From an uncultured bacterium (GTDB lineage Bacteria; Chlamydiota; Chlamydiia; Chlamydiales; SM23-39), in contig OY970323.1 in assembly GCA_963716985.1 (NCBI GenBank), positions 1,312,001-1,376,000 of the forward strand: DNA of 64,000 bases. Reading direction: 5' to 3'. Within the stretch, counting starts at the first letter, position 1. Each line of letters opens with the position of its first letter. The notes under the pieces were generated by a model. It had not been told where the DNA came from and did no database searches. It saw nothing but the letters and a program-made list of their open reading frames with translations. The position numbers and the translations under genes are program-made. Shown here one piece after another: positions 50,621-60,166 of the stretch.

Positions 50621-51622
50621 TTGATGATGTTTCCACGGCTCGTTCTCTTAGCGTTGCTTTCTACCTTTTCTCTCTTTGCACACAATCCGCGCGTGTCCCA
50701 AAAAGAAATTTCCGTCGAGAAGAGCTCTTTTGCTTATGTCCCTTGGTTTACCGGACCGCTTCTTGGAGGAAGCGGAACTTGTTTGAGCCCGGGTGAATGG
50801 AACGTTCAGGGATTTGTTGCTTTTGGGGCTCTCAATCAATTCTTCGACCTCAGCGGGAATGCCGTCTCCCTCGACGACAAAAGGACAATCGTTGACTCTC
50901 TTGCCTTCGTCCAAGCGGGACTTGTGTCCGGCTTGGATCTGAGCGTAGTATTGGAAGAATTTTATGCTCATATCAATGGCCGCTCCACATATGATTTTGG
51001 GGATACCTTGGTTTCTCTTGGCATGCAAGTCCACCGAGAAGATGATCGGTGGCCCGGGATTCGCTTGTTGTTTATGGAAAGATTCCCGACAGCGAAATTT
51101 GAATACCTCAACCCCCTATTCGAGGGCATGGATGCCTTTGTAGCGACAGGCTGTTTCACCTCCTATGTGAAACTAAACCTTTCCAAAACACTCTTCTGGT
51201 TTTATCGACATCCGATTGAATGGCGCCTCAATTTTATCCAGTCGTTTTCTTCCACTGCGCGCGTCCATGAATTTCATGCCTACGGGGGAGGGCATGGAAC
51301 GAAGGGGACTGTCTACCCTCCCAAAGGATTTTCTGCGATTTTCTCTTTTGAATTTTCCTTCACCCAACGCTGGGCCTACGCGATGGATATCTGGTACCAG
51401 CGCTTCACCAGAAGTCGCTTTTCCGGAATGAATGGAACGGATGACGAAGGAGCGCCGGCAATCAACGCCCAATCTTTTTATCAATGGATTGTTTTGACCC
51501 CCTGTCTCGAATATAATATTAGTGCGACTCAGGGACTTATAGGAGGCCTTTATGTGACCGTATCCGGCCACAACACCTATAAGATCGTCAACGCCGTCGT
51601 TTCCTACGAAGTTCTCTTTTAA
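50621..51622 (+). CDS. putative outer-membrane beta-barrel transporter (paralogue 2)
   Basis: PWFTGPLL, FPTA, EFSFTQRW; ends YEVLF. Confidence 0.65.
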   Translation: MMMFPRLVLLALLSTFSLFAHNPRVSQKEISVEKSSFAYVPWFTGPLLGGSGTCLSPGEWNVQGFVAFGALNQFFDLSGNAVSLDDKRTIVDSLAFVQAGLVSGLDLSVVLEEFYAHINGRSTYDFGDTLVSLGMQVHREDDRWPGIRLLFMERFPTAKFEYLNPLFEGMDAFVATGCFTSYVKLNLSKTLFWFYRHPIEWRLNFIQSFSSTARVHEFHAYGGGHGTKGTVYPPKGFSAIFSFEFSFTQRWAYAMDIWYQRFTRSRFSGMNGTDDEGAPAINAQSFYQWIVLTPCLEYNISATQGLIGGLYVTVSGHNTYKIVNAVVSYEVLF

Positions 51623-51712
51623 GGAAACGCAAGATTTTGATCTTCTCGTTTTGATAATAGAATTTTTTTCTCCTCTTTGATAAGTTGCCTATGAACGTAA
51701 AAGAGTATCTCG

Positions 51713-52708
51713 ATGCTTTTCTTGCGACTGCTTTTGGCGCTATTTCTATTTTCATTCCCTTTGCTTGCAATCAACCCTCCTTTGAGCCCCGAAGAGCTCC
51801 TTACGGAAAAGAAAAAATTTGCCTATCAACCCTGGTTTACGGGACCGATTTTATCAGGAAGCGGAACCTGCTTGCCTCCCCGCTACTGGGATATCCAGCC
51901 CTATTTTTCCTTTGGTTCCTTCAATCAATCGTTCACAGCCCGTGGAAAAACCACCACAGGCTCTAGAAAAAAATTGATTGATTTTTTGACCGTGGTCGAA
52001 GCGGGGATTGTTTCGGGTTTGGATATGAACGTTATATTAGAGGAATTTTATGTGCGCGTGAACCATCAGTCCGCCCATATTTTTGGAGACACGCTAGTCA
52101 CGCTTGGAATCCAAGCGCACAAAGAAGATGAAGAGTGGCCTGCAATCCGCGTGGTTTTTCAAGAGACTTTCCCCACAGGAAAATATGAACACCTCAATCC
52201 TTTAATGGAGAGTATGGATGGGTATGTAGGCAGCGGCTGTTTCACTTCGCATATAGGCCTGGCCCTCTCTAAAATCATCTACTGGTTTTATCGGCACCCC
52301 ATCGCCTGGCGCCTCAATTTACTCCAAGAGTTTCCAACAAACGCCCATGTCCATGGCTTTAACTCCTATGGAGGAGGTTTTGGGACAAATGGAACGGTTG
52401 CTCCTCCAAAAACATTCACGGCCCTCTTCTCTTTTGAATTTTCCTTCAACCAGCGCTGGGTCTATGCAATGGACATTCAATACAAGCGTTTTACACGAAA
52501 CCGCTTTCATGGATTTTCGGGAACGGATGCCAAAGGAACACCCGCAATCAACGCACAGCCCTTTTTTCAATCCTATGTTTTGACCCCTTCCATCGAATAT
52601 AACATTAAAGCAAATCAAGGGTTGATCTTTGGCGGTTTCATTACCATATATGGCCACAATGCTTTTAAGATTGTCAATACCGTCGTCTCTTATGAAATCA
52701 TCTTTTAA
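51713..52708 (+). CDS. putative outer-membrane beta-barrel transporter (paralogue 3)
   Basis: PWFTGPIL, FPTG, EFSFNQRW; ends YEIIF; tandem duplicate of the preceding gene. Confidence 0.65.
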   Translation: MLFLRLLLALFLFSFPLLAINPPLSPEELLTEKKKFAYQPWFTGPILSGSGTCLPPRYWDIQPYFSFGSFNQSFTARGKTTTGSRKKLIDFLTVVEAGIVSGLDMNVILEEFYVRVNHQSAHIFGDTLVTLGIQAHKEDEEWPAIRVVFQETFPTGKYEHLNPLMESMDGYVGSGCFTSHIGLALSKIIYWFYRHPIAWRLNLLQEFPTNAHVHGFNSYGGGFGTNGTVAPPKTFTALFSFEFSFNQRWVYAMDIQYKRFTRNRFHGFSGTDAKGTPAINAQPFFQSYVLTPSIEYNIKANQGLIFGGFITIYGHNAFKIVNTVVSYEIIF

Positions 52709-53186
52709 CGAGCGATCCCAAGGGAATCGCCACAAAAAAGATCAATGATTCGGTTCCGGGATTTTTCGACCCCAGAGAAGCATTGGAAATGTGAAAGAAA
52801 TGAGCCCCCCATCTCATCTGATTTTTAAAAACCCATCCGGCTTCGAGTCCAGAGCGAAATTCTAAGGGAAATCCCAAATCCTTATCCTCCCCTCTCTGGT
52901 AATACCCGGCGGCAAAATTAGGAGATAAAAAAAGATGTCTTCCGATCACCCAATCGAATCCAAATCCGCCATAAAGATAGGTAGCTTTTTTCGCCGTAAT
53001 CGAAAAGCCCAGCATCGGCCGTATCGTTGCCCACTCCAAATGAGATTGATACTCGAGCCGGCTTACTACGCATCTTCTTTCTTCTCGGATGATGTCGTTG
53101 ATCCCGACGCCGACAGAAATCAGATCGGGTTTTGCATAGAGAAAAGAGGCACTCAAAAGCAAAGCCAACAAGAGCCAAACTTTCAT
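52698..53186 (-). CDS. PagL-like lipid A 3-O-deacylase / acyloxyacyl hydrolase family OMP
   Basis: Signal peptide; DLGFPLEFRSG..HISNASLG..NPGTE motif. Confidence 0.85.
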   Translation of the reverse strand: MKVWLLLALLLSASFLYAKPDLISVGVGINDIIREERRCVVSRLEYQSHLEWATIRPMLGFSITAKKATYLYGGFGFDWVIGRHLFLSPNFAAGYYQRGEDKDLGFPLEFRSGLEAGWVFKNQMRWGAHFFHISNASLGSKNPGTESLIFFVAIPLGSLVKR

Positions 53187-53270
53187 GCCCCCTCCTACAA
53201 AAGTTGCTTATATCTCGATGAAAATTCAAAGGCAATTGAAAAAAATGAAAGAGACCCCTATGCTAGCCTT

Positions 53271-53597
53271 ATGTTCTGTTGGAAATGCAAGGCAAACATT
53301 GATTTACCACATGGAAAGGCTGGGTTTCGCGCCATCTGTGAACTATGCGGAGCTGATTTTCACGTTTGCAAAAATTGCAAATATTTTTCCCTAGGCAAGC
53401 CCAACGACTGTTCTTATCCCGACACCCTCTTTGTTTCGGATCGCGAAAGCAATAATTTCTGTGAAGAGTTTTCCGCATCAACTTCTTTCTCACTCGAAGA
53501 AAAATCCTCCCCAAATGATGTTTCTCATAAGCTTTTTGGCGAAGATGCCACTCTTAAGAAAAAAGATTTCCATGCTCTTTTCGATGATCATGAATGA
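53271..53597 (+). CDS. small Cys-rich (putative Zn-binding) protein
   Basis: CWKC, CELC, CKNC, plus two more Cys (NNFCEEF). Confidence 0.7.
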   Translation: MFCWKCKANIDLPHGKAGFRAICELCGADFHVCKNCKYFSLGKPNDCSYPDTLFVSDRESNNFCEEFSASTSFSLEEKSSPNDVSHKLFGEDATLKKKDFHALFDDHE

Positions 53598-53692
53598 TCG
53601 TCCCTGCGATGGAGCAAATGGGCCAAATTCCCGGGACAAGGGTCGTTGTTTTTCAGCGCAAAGTAATAGAATTCTTAAAAAAGCCCATGAGT

Positions 53693-54631
53693 TCATTCGC
53701 CTGCAAAATGTAAAATGATATTTTCCGCCGCCGCCTTTGCCATGTTCCAGCGGCACTCTTTGGTCGACGTCCCAATATGGGGAAGAATCCAGCAATTTTT
53801 GAGTGCGCATAACGGATGGGAAGCGGGAAGCGGCTCCGGATCCGTTACATCTAAAGCCGCCCCTTTGAGCATGCCTTCTTTTAAAGCAATCACAAGATCG
53901 TCGGTTTTGACCACCGCTCCTCTTGCCATGTTGATCAGTAATGGCTTTTTTTTCATTTTTCGCATGGCCTCTAAATGAATCATTCCTCGGGTCTTGGGAG
54001 TCAAGGGCACATGTAAAGAAATAGTATCAGAAGATGCAAACAGCTCCTCTTGGTCGACTTGTATCGCCTTTTTTTCAAGATCTTCGGGTATTTCTTTTTT
54101 AGAAAGAGATGAGAAGATGACCTTCATCCCAAACCCTAAAGCTCTTGTTGCAACCGCCTGGCCGATCCGGCCAAAACCAAGAATCCCGAGCGTCTTTCCC
54201 CAAAGCTCATCGCCTACAAAAAGATCGCACCTCCAATTCTTCCAAAGATCTTTTCTGACATACTCTCTAGACTCGCAAAGATTGCGGGAGGCAGCCAGAA
54301 GCAGCGCAAACGTCAGATCTGCGGTGCTATTCGTAACAATATTGGGGAGATGATAGACTGCGATCCCGACCCTCCCGGCAAATTCCAGAGCAATGTTATC
54401 GAGGCCGACGGCATAATTGGAAATGACTTGCAGCCGGCTCTTTTGAGATAAAATCTCCTCATCCAGAGGATCGGAGAGCATAGAAAGAATCCCGTCATAT
54501 TCTTTGACCGATTCGATCAACTCTTGGCGAGACAGGGTGGGTCGCGGGTGAACTTTCACACAAAACCGCTTTTCCAACAGCAACTTTTGCGCAATATCGG
54601 GAATCTTTCTTGTAATGAAGATTTTTCTCAT
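53693..54631 (-). CDS. D-2-hydroxyacid dehydrogenase (glyoxylate reductase/D-glycerate dehydrogenase-like)
   Basis: GILGFGRIG, LHVPLT, INMARG, LDVTDPEP, PHIGT. Confidence 0.92.
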   Translation of the reverse strand: MRKIFITRKIPDIAQKLLLEKRFCVKVHPRPTLSRQELIESVKEYDGILSMLSDPLDEEILSQKSRLQVISNYAVGLDNIALEFAGRVGIAVYHLPNIVTNSTADLTFALLLAASRNLCESREYVRKDLWKNWRCDLFVGDELWGKTLGILGFGRIGQAVATRALGFGMKVIFSSLSKKEIPEDLEKKAIQVDQEELFASSDTISLHVPLTPKTRGMIHLEAMRKMKKKPLLINMARGAVVKTDDLVIALKEGMLKGAALDVTDPEPLPASHPLCALKNCWILPHIGTSTKECRWNMAKAAAENIILHFAGE

Positions 54632-55638
54632 GATTTCTTCGCACCCAAAAGATCGGGAGAAAGTTTGGACACAGGATATTTGGTTTTGATGGAATCAAAT
54701 AAAGAAAGAGACTGTGTAATCATTGACGCTGCATTGGCCACGTCGGCCGGCATGAGAATCGTCGTGCCTGCCTTTGCCAGCTCTTTAAAAGCTTCGATAT
54801 ACTCCTGGGCCAATTTCAAAGAAATGGCCTTTTCGCTGGAAAGACCTTGCATCGCATCGGCAATGATCTGTATTTCTTCCGTCGTCGCCTTTGCAAGAGC
54901 TAGAATCGATTCCGCTTTTGCCTTCGAACGATTGATCACCTCCACCATTGCAGCCTCGGAGGAAAGCAGCGTGCATTGCTTCATACCCTCTGCCAGGTTG
55001 ATTTCCGCCTGTCTTTTTCCCTCGGATTCGTTGATTTGCGCTTGCCGAATCCCCTCAGACTCCAAAATGCGCGCGCGTTTTTGCCTCTCCGCCGTCATTT
55101 GCAGCTCCATGGCCTTGCGAATCTCGTCGGGCATGTTAATATCTTTAATTTCATAGCGAAGGGCGCGGACACCCCACGCAGACGCTGCCTCGTTGATTGT
55201 CTCGACGATATGGGCGTTGAGCATCTCTCTTTCCTGAAACGTTCGATCCAAAGGAAGCTTGCCTATTTCGGATCTCATGCTTGTTTGCACAAGTTGGGAG
55301 ATGGCAAATTGAGGATCTTTCACTCCATAGGAAGCTGCCACGGGATCCACAACTTTTATGTAAAGAACACCATCCAAAGTAAGCGTCACGTTGTCCTGCG
55401 TAATCGCCATCTGTTCCCGAATCTCCATCGCTTCCTCTTTGAAGGAGTGGGTATAGGCCACAACGTCGATAAGTGGGGGAATCCAGTTGAGTCCGGGAGA
55501 TAGCTGTCGATGAAATCTTCCAAGCCTTTGGACAACCCAGGCCTCTTGCTGGGGAACGACCCGATATCCTTTTACAACGACGTAAAAAAAAGCAAGACCA
55601 AAGAAAAGAAACCCTATTCCAAAGTAAAGAGATTGCAT
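54628..55638 (-). CDS. SPFH/stomatin-like (paraslipin/QmcA) protein
   Basis: VVPQQEAWVVQRLG, AITQDNV, QTSMRSEIG, QMTAERQKRA. Confidence 0.92.
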   Translation of the reverse strand: MQSLYFGIGFLFFGLAFFYVVVKGYRVVPQQEAWVVQRLGRFHRQLSPGLNWIPPLIDVVAYTHSFKEEAMEIREQMAITQDNVTLTLDGVLYIKVVDPVAASYGVKDPQFAISQLVQTSMRSEIGKLPLDRTFQEREMLNAHIVETINEAASAWGVRALRYEIKDINMPDEIRKAMELQMTAERQKRARILESEGIRQAQINESEGKRQAEINLAEGMKQCTLLSSEAAMVEVINRSKAKAESILALAKATTEEIQIIADAMQGLSSEKAISLKLAQEYIEAFKELAKAGTTILMPADVANAASMITQSLSLFDSIKTKYPVSKLSPDLLGAKKS

Positions 55639-55794
55639 GGTTTTTCCTCAAAATATCCTCATCATCTCAAACTTTACCGAAGAAGAAAATTTTTCGCGAT
55701 CGAAGAAAATGAACTCGTTTCCTTTTTGATTTAAAACAAAAAAGGACCCGGAGTAAAATAACGAAAAAAACTGAAGTCCGGTGAAATTTTTCCC

Positions 55795-57510
55795 ATGAAA
55801 AAACTTTCTTTTTTTCTCTTATCCGCTTGCCTGTTTTTGTCTTTCAAAACGCATGCAATGAGCGAACCTACCGATGAAGCCATTGATAGCGCCATCGATT
55901 CGCTCAGCTTCGATCAAAAAGTAGGACAGCTCTTCCTCTCTTTTTTCCATGGAAGCTCTCTCGATGAAGAGACGAAGCGGTTCATCGAAAGGGCGCATCT
56001 TGGAAATTTTCTCTATTTTTCATGGGCAAACAAGCTTTCCGATCCCCGCCAAGTAAGAAGGCTCTCCGATGAGCTCTATGATTTTGTCTCAAAAATAAAC
56101 AACCTCCCTCCTCTTATTTGCATCGATCAGGAAGGAGGGATCGTTTCTCGTCTACGCGTGGGATACAGTCAATTTCCGGGCAACATGGCGCTTGGAGCCG
56201 CTCAAGACGAAGCTTTGAGCTACAAGGTTGGGAAAGCAATTGGAAGAGAGCTGAAAGAGAGCGGGATCCATCTCAATTTAGCGCCCGTTGTCGATGTCCA
56301 TTCCAACCTGGAAAATCCAGTCATCGGAGTGCGCTCCTTTTCCGGCAAGCCGTTAATAGTCGCAACTCTTGCAAAAAAAATGATTCAAGGCTTTCACGAG
56401 GAAAATATTGGATCTGCCCTCAAACATTTTCCGGGACATGGGGACACAACTCTCAATTCCCACACTCATCTTCCCTGCGTCCGAAAAACACTCAAGGAGT
56501 TGCAAGCAACCGAACTCATTCCTTTTGCCTCGTTGAAAAATGATGCCGACTGCATCTTGACAGCACATGTGATCTATCCGGCGCTAGATGCAACAAACCC
56601 GGCCACTCTTTCCGCCAAAATTATCACCGATTTTTTGAGGAAATCTCTCGGATTTGACGGGGTTGTGCTCAGCGATTCTCTGATGATGCGGGGCGTGTCC
56701 AGAGATCAATCCTCATTTGAAAGGGCCGTCGCTTCCATCTCAAAAGCTGCCATTAAAGCTTTTCTCGCGGGGTGCGACCTGCTCATCGTGTCCAGGACCG
56801 AGTGGGCCGATTTTCTTCCCTCAAGAGAAGAAGATGAAGAGCTCATCATCCGGGTCGTCGAAAATTTCAAAAGAGCCGTCAAAGAGGGAATCATCCCTCA
56901 AGAGCGTCTGCATGATTCGCTGAAAAGAATTCTTCGTCTGAAAGCCAAATATGCTCACAAAAACACAAAACGGGAAGAGATTTACCCCCAAGAAGCGCTT
57001 AGCCGCGAAGTTGCCCAAAAATCCTTGACTCTTTTGTCTTCGGAAAAGCTCTGGAATCAAATCGACACCCGTCTTTCCGGAAAAAACTGGGTGGTCATCG
57101 CTCCGGAAGAGCTCAGAGAACCGCTGGAAGAGAGTTGTAAAAATACCCGCCTCTCTCCCTCTCTCTTTTATTTTACAAACGAAGAGCTTAAAACCTGCTT
57201 TTTGCCCACTTTAGAGAAAGTCAAAGAGAAGATTTCGTCTTCCTCTCTTGCCCTTTTTCTTTCCTATCTATCTCCTACTAACAAGGAGCAGAAAGAACTG
57301 CTCGGCCGTCTTGCAAAAGAATATGGCAAAGAACAGTTGGTGATCGCGGGCTGTCGCAATCCTCAGGACCTCTTCCAAATAAATGATCATTTGACGCTTT
57401 TGACCTATAGTCCCTCAACATCGAGCCTCTCTGCTCTCCTCTTAGCGTTGGAAAACCATGAAAAACCCCGCGGCATTCTTCCATTAAGCGTCTTGCCATC
57501 AAAGCCTTAA
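55795..57510 (+). CDS. nagZ: GH3 beta-N-acetylhexosaminidase (NagZ-like), exported
   Basis: IDQEGGIVSR, APVVDV, KHFPGHGDT..NSH, SDSLMM; signal peptide. Confidence 0.88.
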   Translation: MKKLSFFLLSACLFLSFKTHAMSEPTDEAIDSAIDSLSFDQKVGQLFLSFFHGSSLDEETKRFIERAHLGNFLYFSWANKLSDPRQVRRLSDELYDFVSKINNLPPLICIDQEGGIVSRLRVGYSQFPGNMALGAAQDEALSYKVGKAIGRELKESGIHLNLAPVVDVHSNLENPVIGVRSFSGKPLIVATLAKKMIQGFHEENIGSALKHFPGHGDTTLNSHTHLPCVRKTLKELQATELIPFASLKNDADCILTAHVIYPALDATNPATLSAKIITDFLRKSLGFDGVVLSDSLMMRGVSRDQSSFERAVASISKAAIKAFLAGCDLLIVSRTEWADFLPSREEDEELIIRVVENFKRAVKEGIIPQERLHDSLKRILRLKAKYAHKNTKREEIYPQEALSREVAQKSLTLLSSEKLWNQIDTRLSGKNWVVIAPEELREPLEESCKNTRLSPSLFYFTNEELKTCFLPTLEKVKEKISSSSLALFLSYLSPTNKEQKELLGRLAKEYGKEQLVIAGCRNPQDLFQINDHLTLLTYSPSTSSLSALLLALENHEKPRGILPLSVLPSKP

Positions 57511-57575
57511 ATCTATTCTTTGTTTTTTTTGAAGAACATGAAATACTAACTGCTTTCCTGATTTAAAAGGTATTT

Positions 57576-58982
57576 ATGTCGCGCCCGAAAAGTAGAGTTC
57601 TTAGCGTTTTTGTGCTTTGCATGATCAATGTCGCTGCCATTTGTAATATTGCCAATTTGACCTTCACTGCCCAAAAGGGATTTTCTTCTCTTTTTTATTA
57701 TGCCCTCTCTTCCCTGATTTTCTTCATTCCCGTTGGACTTGCCTCTGCAGAGCTCGCCTCCGGATGGCCTGAGCGCGGAGGGGTTTATACCTGGGTAAGA
57801 GAAGCACTTGGGGAAAGGGCCGGTTTTGTTGCGATATGGCTGCAATGGGTCGAAAACGTGATCTGGTATCCGACCCTTCTTGCTTTTGTTGCAGGAACGT
57901 TTGCCTATATTTTCAATCCTTCCTTAGCGGAAAATAAATTGTATATCATGACCGTCGTGCTCGTCACCTTTTGGCTGATCACTTTTTTGAATACATTAGG
58001 CATGAGAATTTCTGCATGGATCAGTACGCTCTGCGTTCTCTTTGGAACGCTTTTCCCGGGACTTTTTTTGATCTCTATGGGCATTGGACATCTCGCATCG
58101 GGAGGAATTTCTCAAATATCCTTTTCGTCAGGCTCTCTCATCCCGTCGCTTGCAAATTTTGATCACATTTCCGTGCTTGCCGCAGTACTGCTCTCTCTTG
58201 CGGGGCTCGAAATGTCCGGCGTTCATGCGAAAGAGGTCGAAAATCCCCAAAAAGATTATCCGAAGGCCATCTTTTCCTCCTCCATCATCATCTTCGGCCT
58301 GCTCTCGCTGGCCTCGCTCTCCATCGCACTGATCGTTCCCAAAGAGAAGTTAGAGCTTGCATCGGGAACCATCGAAGCCTTTCGCCTCTATTTTGATTCC
58401 TACGGAATCTCCTGGATGCTGCCTCTTGTTGCTTTTCTCATCGTTCTGGGATCGATTGGACTGATTAGCACCTGGACCATTGGACCGACCAAGGGGCTTT
58501 TGGCAACTGCACGCCATGGAGATTTGCCTCCTTTTTTACAAAAGACCAATAAAAAAGGCATGCCTGTTTCCATTCTTTTTATCCAGGCATCGGTCGTAAC
58601 CCTTTTGTCCTTTACTTTCTTCCTCATGCCAACTGTCAGCTCCACCTATCGTCTTCTTTTTTATTTGGCAGCCCAGCTCTACCTCGTCATGTATGTTTTG
58701 CTATTCCTCTCGCTTCTTGTCTTACGCTACAAAAAACCCGAAGTGGAGCGCCCCTTTAAAGTTCCTTTTGGAAAAGCGGGCGTTTGGATCCTTGCCTCCC
58801 TGGGAATATTGGGATCTCTGTTTGCCATCGGGTGCAGCTTCATCCCCTCAGGTGACATCGAAAAAACCCATCGCGTATTTTTTGTGCTTTTTTTAGCGGG
58901 AGGCATCTTCCTTTTTTGCTTCATCCCTCTCATGATTCATAGCATGAGAAAACCTTCCTGGCACATTTTTAAAGAAGAGTGA
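57576..58982 (+). CDS. APC-family amino acid permease/antiporter (GadC-like)
   Basis: AELASGWPERGGVYTWV, GLEMSGVHAKEVENPQKDYPKA; about 12 TM helices. Confidence 0.88.
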   Translation: MSRPKSRVLSVFVLCMINVAAICNIANLTFTAQKGFSSLFYYALSSLIFFIPVGLASAELASGWPERGGVYTWVREALGERAGFVAIWLQWVENVIWYPTLLAFVAGTFAYIFNPSLAENKLYIMTVVLVTFWLITFLNTLGMRISAWISTLCVLFGTLFPGLFLISMGIGHLASGGISQISFSSGSLIPSLANFDHISVLAAVLLSLAGLEMSGVHAKEVENPQKDYPKAIFSSSIIIFGLLSLASLSIALIVPKEKLELASGTIEAFRLYFDSYGISWMLPLVAFLIVLGSIGLISTWTIGPTKGLLATARHGDLPPFLQKTNKKGMPVSILFIQASVVTLLSFTFFLMPTVSSTYRLLFYLAAQLYLVMYVLLFLSLLVLRYKKPEVERPFKVPFGKAGVWILASLGILGSLFAIGCSFIPSGDIEKTHRVFFVLFLAGGIFLFCFIPLMIHSMRKPSWHIFKEE

Positions 58983-58992
58983 GGAAAAAAAA

Positions 58993-59964
58993 TCAGAAGA
59001 CCAGATATTTCGCAAGAGAGAGGTAGATCACCATTGTCAATACATCGGAAAACATGAGGACAATAGGACCGGAGGCAATCTTAGGATCCAAGGCCACCCG
59101 ATGCAATAAAAGAGGCAGGAAGGCCCCGAGAACCGAGGTCAAACAAACAGAGGCCATAATCCCAAGGGCAATCGCAAGCGAAGTGATCAGGGATCCTTCC
59201 AATAGAGAAATGCATCCGACAAAAACCCCCGTCGTTGCTGCCATAAAAAAAATGAGCTTAAACTCTTTAAAGGGCCGCAAAAAGATCGAAAATCGGGGCG
59301 CCTTGTTTCTTCTGACATAAAAAAGACTTTGCGCCATCAATTGCATGGAAATGGCTTCACTCAGAGAGAGTACAAGCGGGATAAAGATGACCAGAACAAG
59401 TGTTTTTGAAAAAACGGCTTCGTAATGATAGGAAATAAACGCACAGAGAAGTCCGCCCAATATATTGCATATGATCCAAGGCATACGCAAAAGATATTTG
59501 CGCCAAAGCGAGGCTTTTTCTTCTAAACTCAGCCCCATCAGCTGAAACGCATCTTCCCGCTGGCAGGCTTTGGCAATGTCAAAAGATTCATCAAGACAAT
59601 TTTCCACATCAATCGATCCCAAGAGATGTCCCTCTTTGTCAAGAACGGGAAGGGCCAGAAGGTTATGGCGGTGAAAAATTTCGAACGCTTTTTCGAGTTT
59701 TTCATCTTCCAAAACGTGGATCACAGCCCTTTCCATCACCTCTTCCACCCTCTTGAGGGGAGGCGAAAGAAGAAGTTTTCTGGCCGGAACGATTCCCGTC
59801 AGATGATTTTCATCATCAACGACATAAAAATAGATAATCTTTTCCTCTATCCCCTGTTTTTGAAGAAAAGAGAGTGCGTCATGAATCGTATCTCTCATTT
59901 TGAGAGTCGTATGGACAGGCTGAACGACATCCTTGACAAGAGCTGATAGTTTGCAATGAGCCAT
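58993..59964 (-). CDS. mgtE: MgtE-family magnesium transporter (CBS + membrane domain)
   Basis: YFYVVD, RMPW, DPKIASGPIVLMFSD. Confidence 0.85.
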   Translation of the reverse strand: MAHCKLSALVKDVVQPVHTTLKMRDTIHDALSFLQKQGIEEKIIYFYVVDDENHLTGIVPARKLLLSPPLKRVEEVMERAVIHVLEDEKLEKAFEIFHRHNLLALPVLDKEGHLLGSIDVENCLDESFDIAKACQREDAFQLMGLSLEEKASLWRKYLLRMPWIICNILGGLLCAFISYHYEAVFSKTLVLVIFIPLVLSLSEAISMQLMAQSLFYVRRNKAPRFSIFLRPFKEFKLIFFMAATTGVFVGCISLLEGSLITSLAIALGIMASVCLTSVLGAFLPLLLHRVALDPKIASGPIVLMFSDVLTMVIYLSLAKYLVF

Positions 59965-60166
59965 ACATTTTCTTCATAAACGAAGCGGGAAAAATGCGCA
60001 AGAGCCTTTCCCGCAAAATGTCTTTTATCTTTTTGTCAGTCAATAAGATAGTACTTATTTCCTCCGCATCAGCCCGAAGGGGGGATGAATGTGCAATGAG
60101 TTGGTATTTTTTTCTCAACTCTTTTTCATCAAATTTGTTAAACTCCTCGAAAAAAGGACAAACCCC

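Noticed and set aside
59965..60166. glmS ribozyme or M-box riboswitch between divergent mgtE and glmS
   Set aside because: A hairpin (GCGGGAAA..TTTCCCGC) is present, but I could not find the conserved cores of either RNA.
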